This document shows, in pieces, positions 48,809 to 59,521 of a stretch of 64,000 nt of DNA. Location of the stretch: the NCBI GenBank assembly GCA_020891255.1, contig BQFW01000001.1, positions 2,046,001 to 2,110,000 of the forward strand, given 5' to 3'. The DNA comes from Entomortierella parvispora E1425 (Eukaryota; Fungi; Mortierellomycota). The notes below the pieces were generated by a model. It searched no databases. It was not told the origin of the DNA and saw only the letters and a program-made list of their open reading frames with translations. Within the stretch, counting starts at the first letter, position 1; the number at the start of each line of letters is the position of its first letter. The position numbers and the translations under genes are program-made.

Positions 48809-51800
48809 ATGGTCAAGAAGCAGATCGACTCGCGCATTCACACTCTCATCAAGAATGGCGTGCAGTCCAAGCACCGCACATTCTTTGTCCTCGTCGGCGA
48901 CAAGGGCAAGGACCAGGTCGTAAACCTGCACTGGCTCCTCTCGCAGGCACAGGTTACAGCCCGTCCCTCCGTCCTGTGGTGCTACAAGAAGGAGCTGGGC
49001 TTCAGCAGTCATCGCAAGAAGAGAGAGGCCAAGATCAAGCGCGACGTCAAGAGAGGTGTCCGTGAGATCAACGAGGAGGATCCCTTTGAGCTTTTCATCT
49101 CTGTCACCAACATTCGCTACACTTACTACAAGGAGACCCAAAAGATTCTCGGAAACACCTACGGCATGTGCGTTCTTCAGGATTTCGAGGCTTTGACCCC
49201 CAACTTGCTCGCCAGAACTGTCGAGACTGTCGAGGGAGGCGGAATCATCGTCCTTTTGTTGAAGAGCATGTCCTCCTTGAAGCAGCTTTACACAATGACC
49301 ATGGTACATTGCAATTTTCATACTCTATACCGCTTCTGCTGTTTGCCACGAATTCAGGATCTCACTCGTTCATGTCTTTCTTTTATAGGATGTCCACTCC
49401 AGATACCGCACAGAGTCGCATGACGATGTTGTTGCTCGCTTCAACGAGCGTTTTATTCTTTCTCTCGGAAACTGCCCTTCTTGCTTGGTTGTTGATGATG
49501 AGCTTAACGTCTTGCCCATCTCGCTCGGAAAGAACGTCAAGCCTTTGCCCATCAAGACTGGAGAGGATGCACTGACTGACGAACAGCGGGATTTGATCAA
49601 GATTAAGGAGAGCGTTCAGGATCAGCAACCCATGGGCGCACTTGTCGGCACATCCAGGACAAAGGACCAGGCTATTGCTGTCATGAAGTTTATCGAAGCT
49701 ATTGCCGAGAAGACTCTCCGATCCACCGTTACTTTGACTGCCTCCCGTGGTCGTGGTAAATCAGCTTCTCTCGGAATCGCCATGGCCTCTGCTGTCGCAT
49801 ATGGATACTCCAACATCTTTGTCACATCTCCCAGCCCCGAGAACTTGAAGACCCTCTTTGAGTTTGTGTTCAAGGGATTCGATGCTCTTGGATATGAGGA
49901 GCACATGGATTACGACATTGTCCAGTCTACCAACCCAGAGTTCAACAACGCCATTGTTCGTGTCAACATCTTCAAGCGTGATCATCGTCAGACCATTCAA
50001 TACATTCAGCCCCAGGATGCGCATACATTGGGACAGGCAGAGTTGGTTGTCATTGATGAAGCTGCTGCTATTCCTTTGCCTTTGGTCAAGGCGCTTTTGG
50101 GACCTTACTTGGTATTCATGGCCTCGACCATCAACGGTTATGAGGGAACTGGTCGCTCTCTTTCCTTGAAGCTGATCAAGCAGCTCCGTGAGCAGTCTCG
50201 TGGATTCGTTGGAAAGGAGGCAAACGCTGCCGAGATCGCCAAGAACAAGTCTACAGGAGCCACCGGTGGAGCCAGGACATTGAGAGAGATCGAGTTGAAG
50301 GAGCCCATCCGTTATGCTCCTGAAGATCCTATTGAGAAATGGCTTAACAAGCTTCTCTGCTTGGATGCTACTGTTGTCCAAAAGAACATCTCTGGATGCC
50401 CCGCCAAGGAGGAGTGCCAGCTCTTCTATGTCAACCGTGACACCCTCTTCTCCTACCACCCAGTCTCGGAAACGTTTTTGCAGCGTATGATGGCTCTCTA
50501 CGTTGCCAGTCATTACAAGAATACCCCCGACGATCTGCAGTTGTTGAGTGATGCTCCTTCCCACCATCTCTTTGTGCTCTTGCCACCAATCAAGGAGGGC
50601 GACCGTTCCCTGCCCGATCCTTTGTGCGTCCTCCAGGTTTGTCTTGAGGGTGAGATCTCCAAGCAGACAGTTCTCAACAGTTTGAGCCGTGGTGTCCGCG
50701 CCGCAGGAGACTTAATCCCTTGGTTGATTTCGCAGCAGTTCCAGGATGACGACTTTGCTTCGCTTTCTGGAGCCCGAGTTGTCCGTATTGCCACTCACCC
50801 CGACTATGTCAAGATGGGCTACGGATCCAGAGCTTTGGATTTGCTTTCGCAGTTTTATGAAGGCCAGTTCTCTATGCTTTCAGAAGATGATGACGAGAAG
50901 CCCGATTACCACATGGCTCGCGTGGACGATAGCGAACTCGAGGGTGCTTCCTTGATGACCGATGATATCAAGATCAGAGATCCCAAGAAGATGCCTCCTC
51001 TGCTGTTGAAGTTGAGCGAGAAGAAGGCCGAGAAGCTTCACTGGCTCGGTGTCTCCTATGGTTTGACTGCACCTTTGCACAAGTAAGTTGAAATTGTCGT
51101 AATGACAACGACTCTTTAGTTATTCCGACGATTGTCAAGACTGGCTACTTATGTATTTTTATTTTCATCTTAGGTTCTGGTCAAAGGCAGGATATGTTCC
51201 CGTTTACTTGCGTCAAACAGCCAACGCCCTTACCGGAGAGCACACTTGCGTGATGCTCCGTACTTTGGAATCATCCCGTGGACAGACTCAGTGTGACCCC
51301 ATGTGGTTGTCTTCTTTCTCCAAGGATTTCCATCACCGTTTCCAGAGCTTGCTTTCGTTCCAGTTCCGTTCCTTCCCTGCTACCCTCGCTTTATCCATCT
51401 TGGAGTCTGCCCGCAACGGAAAGCAATTAATTGAGGATGAGGATGAGGAGAACAAGGATGCTGAGGGGACCAACACAACGACAGCTTTGGTCAAGAAGTT
51501 GAGAGAGGGTCATTTGTCCAGGGAATTGGTTGATGCTTTGTTCTCGGCCTACGACTTGAAGCGTTTGGAGAGCTACGCCAACCAGATGTTGGATTACCAC
51601 GTCATTTTGGATTTGCTTCCTCAGATTGCCAACATTTGGTTTGATGGCAAGATTGACGATCCTAGCTTCAAGCTGACAAGCATCCAGGCCGCCCTTCTTT
51701 TGGCCCTCGGATTGCAGCGCAAGTCTGTCGATGACTTTGAGGTATGTTGGTCCCGTTGGTCCTTACTGGAGTCTTTTTTTAAAACATGTTTTCCGCAATT

Positions 51801-52385
51801 GATGATGAATATGTTACTTACATATCTGGCATTTTTCCATTTTACAACCAACAGAAGGAGATTGGTCTCTCTGCCACACAGTTGTTGGCCTTCTTCATCA
51901 AGATGATCCGCAAGTTCTCAGAGTTGTTCAAGGAGCAAAAGACAAAAGCATATACCGTCGAGATTGACAACAACCGGGCGGCCATCTCTGCCATGGTCAA
52001 CGGACGCAGTGACAAGACCAACAAGATGAAGCGCGACGTGACCAAGGAGGAGCAATGGGATCCCAACACCGAGGATTTGGATGATGAGCTCGGAAAGGAG
52101 GGCCGTGAGCGTCTTCGTGAGCTCCAGAAGGCCTCTTTGGGCAATGTGGAGAAGATGTACGCTATCGCCAATGACGAATCTGTGGATTGGTCCGAGGCCC
52201 AGGCCCAGATTGATAAGAAGGGCAAGTCCACGGTGGTGTCGGTCAAGAACCCAGAGTCGACCAAGAAGAGAAACTTGGTGATGGGTGGTACCGCTAACGA
52301 GGTCTTGTCCAAGGAGGCCAAGGAGTTCCAGCGTGGCAAGGCTTCAAGACGTGAGGCCAAGAGTGCAAAGAGGCGTAAGGTCTAA
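48809..52385 (+). CDS. NAT10: RNA cytidine acetyltransferase NAT10 / Kre33
   Basis: MVKKQIDSRIHTLIKNG, helicase Walker A TASRGRGKSASLG, LVVIDEAAAIPL, STINGYEGTGRSLSLKL and GNAT RVVRIATHPDYVKMGYGSRAL. Confidence 0.97.
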
Positions 52386-52713
52386 AGAGGATCTTTTTCT
52401 TCCAATCATATATTCACTAAATCATTCATTCATCATGCATCATAACCCTCTTCAATAAATTAACAGCACCAAAAAAAAAGAAAAAAAAAATCCTTTCCCT
52501 GCCTTCTTTCTCTGTCATGGTGTCATGGACCACCTGCGACCTTACCCCAACATTTTTATAATTTTTGTTATTCAATGCTTGATTTAATAGGAATGAAATG
52601 GGAAGATGGGAGACGAGAGATACAATGACAGATGGGAGATGAGAGATACAATCACAGATGAAAGATAAAGGATATATGCAATGGGTGATGAGTGTCGTTG
52701 CTGGGCATGTCTT

Positions 52714-54055
52714 CTACGGTGCCCAGGTTTCTCTATGAAAGTCAACCGCCCATTTAGCCGCCTTGACCTGTCTTTCCAGATGCTCGACAAAGGCCTCTGG
52801 TCCACCTCCAAAGACCGTGACCAATGGCCTGTGATCCTTTCCGTTGCTCTGACCGATTCCTTGACCCATCATGCGATGAATCACCGTCTTGACATTGACA
52901 CGTCCAACCGAGAAGACGACGTCGCCCTCGTCCCAATTACCGTCCTCGACCGTCAGAGCCTCGTCCTCCAGATCAAATTCTGGGTAAGGCAAATGACCCA
53001 CATCGACGGCCTTGGCGGATGCACCGGATTCGGCGTCGCGACGGTTCAGGCGATGGTTTGTGGTTTGAACAGACCGAGCCAATGTCCTGCGGGCGAGCCA
53101 GACGGCAAAGTAACCGATGATAGACATTGCAATGATGTGACCGAAAGGAGGGAGGACAGGGTAGGTGGAGTAACAGACCTTCATCATATGTTGCGACATA
53201 TCTGCCATGATATTGCAGACGAAATGTTGAGGGTCCGCATTCTCCCAGTGGATCGCACGAAGAATAAACCAGAAGCCGAGAGGGAGAATAATCAAGATGG
53301 AGGTCACGGTCAGATCGCGCTTGGCCCAAGCCGCAGAAATGTCGTTGACATCTGCGTCCTTGAAGGTGGGGAGGCGCTTGGAGTCATAGGTCTGGTCACG
53401 CGTCACGCTCGAAGAGGAAGAGAAGGAGGTAGGCTCCTCCTCCATGTTCTTTTCATCCATAATCTTGACCTTGGTTGTCGTGTTGGCCGTAGGGCTGTCC
53501 ACGATGGTTTCAATCGAATCCGAGCGACCATGTTGGCGATGAGCGGAAGGCATTGGGGAGGCAGGCTCCACAGGAGAGGTAGCAGCTCTGCTAACGATTT
53601 CAAGAGCGCTGGGTCGCTGTTCCTTGACGGAGAGGTCCACGATAACACCGTCCTTCTCGTTCACCACCGTACGACCGGACAAGGCTCTTCTCAGTTTAGT
53701 ACCCGTGCGTCTCAAAGACTGGAAGCGCGTCTTTTTCTTCTTCTTCTCAATAGCTGAAGGACCGGGAACTTGGATATCGTTCTGGATGACATGAGCGTGC
53801 GCACCTCCCTTGAGACTGGCTTGCGTCGATTTGTTGGGTCTGGAAACATAGATCTCCACGTGCAACCACGTCGTGAATCGAGGATCGCGCGTGATCTGGT
53901 GCAGGAACGAACCATAGGCATGCAGTTCACTTCGGGTACGGAAAGTGCAGATGAGGTGGACCTGAATGCGAAGGGGTTCTTCTGAGGCCGTGATCTGAGC
54001 TGCAATGGCCTTGATCAAAGCCATGAAGGTTGTCACAGCGGCACCAGCTATTTAT

Positions 54056-54087
<32 letters not shown>

Positions 54088-55649
54088 GAGTAAGAATGTG
54101 ATAGGGTCAACAATTGATAAGGGAAGGAGAAGAAGGGAATAAAAACTTACCGACAAAGAAAACCAACGTTTCTGATTTCAAGTAATCGTGGCGACGGTCA
54201 CCAAAAACACCATCGACGTTGGTGCGGATCTGAATCTTCTTGTCGTCCTTTCCACACAGCCTTGCCAAAGCGCCAGTCCAGCTTCTCTTGGAATCTCCGT
54301 AGGTTCGGATGTACAGAACAATGGACTGGGGGTCCTCAGGCCAGTACGATGCGATCGTGAAAGGATGGTAGAGGGTACCGAGTTCAGGGATTTGGACCAT
54401 AATGTAGTCGCCAGGGTAGTAGGGCTTCATTGGCTCGGGCGACCGGAGGGTCAGACGAAGGATGTCGGCATCTGCGTTCAGGGTGCAGGTGGCCTTGGGG
54501 AACAGAGTACCAGCCTGGACCATTTTGGGGACGAACCGGTCGATAAAGAAGAGAATGACCGAGGGCAGGAGGTAGTAGGCCAAGAGGAAGTATGGATAGT
54601 GGACAATGGTTCCCAGCAAGAAGAGCACAGTCATGACGCGATGGAGACCCATGAAGAGAGTATAACGGAGACGGCGAATTTGAGGGATGGAGAACAGCCC
54701 GAGAGTCAACAGAGCAAACTAGTGTGAGGAAGAGCGAGTTGTTAATGGTATGTCCCTACAGTCACGCTATAGGCTGATGATACCAATTGATTTGGGGAAC
54801 TGTACCAGAGCAACGAAACCCATGAGGTTCATGGTAGACCGCCCAATATCGTAGAAGTTGAAGTTCTCTGCGAAACTGCCATCCCAAATATAATAGAGGA
54901 GGTAAGCGATGGTGTGAACCACGGACCAGAACATAATGGCAACACCGAGCCAGCGGTGAAGAGGCAAGATTTCAGAATAAGTGAAGCCGAGCGCGTGCAG
55001 CATGGATCGTCGGAGAACCAGAAATAGGATCAGGGCACAATTGGCGACAGCACTGTACCCGCCGACCATTGCGATGGCCGCTGCAAAACCGAGGACAGTA
55101 AAGGTTAGCGGAGGTAATTCTTTTCGTCCTGGGAAGGATGATGGACCATCTGACCGTGGTGTCTCGTCACGGATCAAAAAATCAACTTCGTGAAAACAAA
55201 ACAAAGAACCTACCGGCCACACTTCCTTTGATATCAGAGTACGCCAACATCTCTTTGTAGGTCGTGATCATCAAGACAATGACCCACGTCAAGTTCAGAG
55301 TGGCAATGAAGCCCACGAGAACCCAATATTTGACAGTGTAGCCCCACAGAATGTGGTGTTCCCAGAGCGAGATTCTCTGTTTGACGGACGCAGGCGCGGT
55401 GACTTTAGCAAGACTATGATGGAATTCACGGTCAGTTCGGAAGTAATGGCCCCAGATCGTGGCGAGGTGACCGATGGCCGAAGGGACGATGCAAAGGGCA
55501 GGGACGAAGTAATCGCGTGAATTGAATTGGAAGATATATTCGCTGGTGTATATCCATGTAATATAGCCCTCCACCAATGCCCAGATAAAAGGGATCATTA
55601 GACAGACGAAGATGAAGGCCCGGAGGGGATCGATCCTTGGGGAGCGCAT
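52714..55649 (-). CDS. Ferric/cupric reductase (FRE/NOX family) transmembrane component
   Basis: Heme-ligand His pairs LHRWLG...VVH and LHRVMT...IVH; FAD-binding HPFT; DGVFG; NADPH-binding FVAGAAVTTF and terminal VFGGGP; four exons. Confidence 0.87.
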
Positions 55650-56008
55650 CTTGATGTGAGATTCTCTGATGTATCAAGTGTGTATGAATGTGTATGTGTG
55701 GATGAGAGAGTGGAAATATATACAAAGGGCAGGAGGCTTCCGATATGTGGCGGTAATGAGGATATGGCGGAAATGAGGAGCGGTGAACTTTTGGTCGTGA
55801 AATTAAAGAGTGGTGATGAAGAGAGGGAGGTGAAGGCGACGGAAGTGGCAGCCTGGGAGAGAATAGGTGAAGGGGTCCAACAGTGATCGGTGACAGGAAG
55901 CGGCGTCTTTTATATCTGTCCTTTTTTCGCTTCTATCCCTCCTCTCCCTCTCAGATTCGCCGCCTCGGGTAGCCAGGATATGAAAGGGCAGTGCTGTACA
56001 TATCCTCC

Positions 56009-57026
56009 ATCTGATAAGGAAACCCCGGCCCTTCGACCCCCCCGCTACCCATGTTGAGGTTAAAAAATATTGATGGCGGGTCCAAAGACACAAAAAGTCT
56101 TTGAAGGGATTGAGAATCTACCCGATCTAGACCTTCCTGTTCTCTTTGTTAGCGCAAATATGGGCAAGTGGGTGTGTTTTTGCACTGCAGCACTGTGCCC
56201 AACAATGACAACAAACATCTACAGTATTCTAGTCCCTGAGTCGGGTCATCAAAATAAAGACGCGAGCAAGGGAGGGCCAGTAAGTGAGGGAGGGAGGAAC
56301 AGGGAAGAAAGAATGCCGTTCAGCTAAAAACACAAAAAAATATACTCCGCCTTGACATTTTTTGCTCACTGTCTTTTGTCTCATGGTGACAATCCGCTTT
56401 TGAGATCCAAAGCGCACAGATCGAGCTTTCGGTACGGCTGGACTGGATAGCCAACCCCATTTGGAAGTGTGAAAAGAACCGCTCTGGCTGGACATCTGGT
56501 CCATCCTTTTTTTTTCTTGCCATGACTCTGGATCGGGGTCAGAGGGACAGCCAACGAGCGGGCCTGCAACCTTTCTTTCGTGTTCCTCTCTGTTCCTGTC
56601 GAACACCAGCCAGCCCTGACTCGCTCAATCAAAATAAAAGAGGGGGTGAAAAAAAACTTGTGCACCTTAAAGAATCTAGCCATAGGCTCCATCTGAAAAG
56701 CCAAGACATCAGATGAGGAGGAAGGAGAAATAGTCCAAGTGACACGGATCTTGCGTGCGATTCGTGTTATTGTTGGCCATGCGGACCAAATAATAACAAA
56801 GGGTCCAAGGGTCTGCTCGACTCGTCTGTCGAAGCAGCAACGATGGCAAAGAACCGCCGATATACAAACAGGAGGATCATCGGCTACTTTTCCAACGCGG
56901 TTTTCATTTTACTGGATTGCTCTCCCATTTTCACTTTCTGGTCAGACGAGAGGAGCAAAAAGTTCAATCTGATAAGCGGGCACAGAGTGACCCGGGAAAC
57001 AGTGCTAAAAAATTTCGATCTGATAA
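56009..57026. promoter_or_regulatory. Three ATCTGATAA extended GATA sites (SreA/Fep1/Urbs1-type) upstream of the ferric reductase
   Basis: ATCTGATAAG at 56009-56018 and 56967-56976; ATCTGATAAC at 57018-57027. Confidence 0.6.
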
Positions 57027-57728
57027 CGCGACTCGGGGTCACCACCACACAGCTCCCTGTCTTTTTCGTTTTTTTTTTTTTTTTTTTTTTGTTTGTTTGT
57101 TTGCGCCCATATTTTATTCCTCAGCTGGCTGGGCGCTTGTTCGATCTATCTTACCCAATTGATGACAGGTGTGTCAGTGGTCAGGGTCTTTGAAAACTTT
57201 GACCATCTCAACACTAAAAGGCACTTTATTCGTCTTGGATGCAGCACCGTCCAGTTAAAACTCAGCCACTGTTCCCACCCCTCCCCTTGTCCCTTGCCCC
57301 TGTTCACTCTCCTCCCTGACCAGCTGCCATTTTATTGTTGCTGACTGAAGGCACTCACACAAAAGTGGATGTCCCCGTGCAAACTTGGCCAGCTGGATCT
57401 AAAAAAGTTTGGACTTGAACAGATGCGGCGTTGATGGCGCGCAGTTCACATGCAGCTATTCTATTTTATTGGGTATTGTAAAGACTTCCTGTGGTCGTTA
57501 ACGCCAGCCGACTCTTGCCGTCAGCCCAGCTTTCCTCTGTCTCATCCTCCTCGTTCGCACACTCAAGGCTGAGATCGAAAGAGCCCTCATCCCCCTCCGT
57601 CGACCCTCGCATCTTCCCAGTCCGATACTTTTTCGACCGTGCCGCACTGTAATGACTGGACATCGGCACAATCGTTTCCCTACCAAGATATTTTCAAGTT
57701 TGCCCCAGCAGCTGTCCTGTGTGTCGCT

Positions 57729-59422
57729 CTAAATGGTAATCTTTTGTCCATCGTAGGCAACTCTAATCGTGGCCCCGCTCTGTTCACCGTCGAGCGCTTT
57801 CATCCTCTCATCTTCCACATAGTGATCGGCCGAATGACAGAATCCAACGATAAAGGTCCGTTCGGGCTTTGGGTCAAGACCATTGGTGTATTCCAGTGCT
57901 TCTGGAATACTGAAGTGGGAAGGATGTGTTGTTTCTATCGGGATAGGTGGGACAAGGGAGGTTAAGAGGCGGGGCTTTGTACATGCAGTTCGAACACACC
58001 CTGTACCCTGCAACGGTACCAGCGAAGATGCAGGCTGCAGTCAATTGTTCCCCGATCAGGGGCGATGGCTCCTAATCTGTCCTCGCCGCTTTGCCACCAA
58101 GAAATACCGACAGTACACCTGCCCTCGCCCTGTCTCTTTGCGTGAAACAGAACAGAATTGATTACCTTTCAATCCATCGATGACAAGGACTTTCGATCCG
58201 CGGATCTTTTCCGTAGTACTTTCTGGTATGCTAGAGCAATCCGAAACCCAACTCAGGTCATTGAACCTGAAGCCGAGGGACCAAAATGGTTCTCCTGTTG
58301 ACATGTACTTTCCATGATGCACTATTGAGTCGAAATGATAGAATCAATGCCGGTGCGGGCTGCTGTTTGGTAAACGGAACCCCAGGGAAAAAGAAATGAC
58401 ACTAAACCATAAGGTCAAAAATGATAAACTTTTTTCTTGCAATTTTACCTGGCAATGGTGTGAACTTGACTCCCTCAACCTCAAAGTCCTCGTCATGGTT
58501 GATGATGTGGTAATTAAAAGAAGGGATGTCTCCGCCTCCAGTTGCCTTTGTGGCATCCACCATGTAAGGGAAGGTACTAGCAATAATATCCATCGTCGGT
58601 TGATCAAGATAGACGGGGATGCTAAACGGGTGGTTCTTGTCCAGCAAGCACCAAGATCTGAGATCGTCCAATCCAAAGAACGCGTCTGCGTGTCCATGTG
58701 TGATCACCTAATGGAAAAAGGAGGGGAGGGAGGATTCCGGCAGTTTAGTATGACCGCATGTACTTTTCAATCCTGATCTGTCGGCAGGTTTTTTTTCCGC
58801 CTGTACTTCGTACCAGTGCATCAATGCATCGAAGGTTGTGTGCTGGGAACCACTGTCTAGCGGATTCGTAAAAACTCTTGCCACAGTCCATCAAAATGTT
58901 TCTACGTGGTGCAGATCACTTCCGTTAGCCTTGTATCCCTGTTTGACACGTTCCTCGTTCCGAAATCCTCCCGGTGATCCCACAACTGAATAATCTGTTA
59001 CCGTTCACGACCGTCCTTATGCATGAAGTGAATCATGGCGCTTGTATTCCGTTTGATGTTTTTTACTCCTTCTGGTTTGAGGGTCGAAAGGCACACTTTG
59101 CAGGTGGGATTGGGATCTGTCAGGCAAGGGACAGAGGGCTATTCAGGGAGACAAGAGTGTAAGACGGGTACGTGTGTGAGGGTTTGGTTCCAGCATGGTA
59201 TTGGGATTGCATTGAATTGGGGTTTCATTCCTGGCAGCTCCTCTCTTCTTTCCTCTCGATGCAGGCAGCTACTCCACCAAAGTTGCATCCATTGCAATGA
59301 ACAAAATGAGCTTCATTTCCGTCCTTTGCAGGTGCCATTACCACTCCGCTGGAAGTTCCTGTACCGAGGAAGATGAGCTCTGTCGCTCCTGCTGCTCCTG
59401 CTGTCATGGCTGCGCTAGTCAT
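57729..59422 (-). CDS. Metallo-beta-lactamase-fold hydrolase, PhnP-like phosphodiesterase
   Basis: LIFLGTGTSSGVP, ILMDCGKSF, metal motif ITHGHADAFFGLDD, LPVHHG, THPSHFS and VAYDG; six exons; stop TAG at 57729-57731. Start may be 59407 instead. Confidence 0.85.
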
Positions 59423-59521
59423 CAAGGGTGAGGGTGTTTCTATGAGAGAGGCGAATGAATCAAGGCAGAGCACGCGATACCGTGCGGGGAATGACAGTCT
59501 CATTTTACTGATATTTACGTA

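Noticed and set aside
52681-53757. 358-aa antisense ORF over the ferric reductase (similar cases at 49761-50567, 12120-12932 and 30143-30619)
   Set aside because: Mirror frames of strongly biased coding sequence; no recognisable motif.
56765-56837. Two adjacent imperfect hairpins (56765-56798 and 56813-56837), possible H/ACA snoRNA
   Set aside because: Stems are too short, there is no ANANNA hinge between them and no ACA tail.
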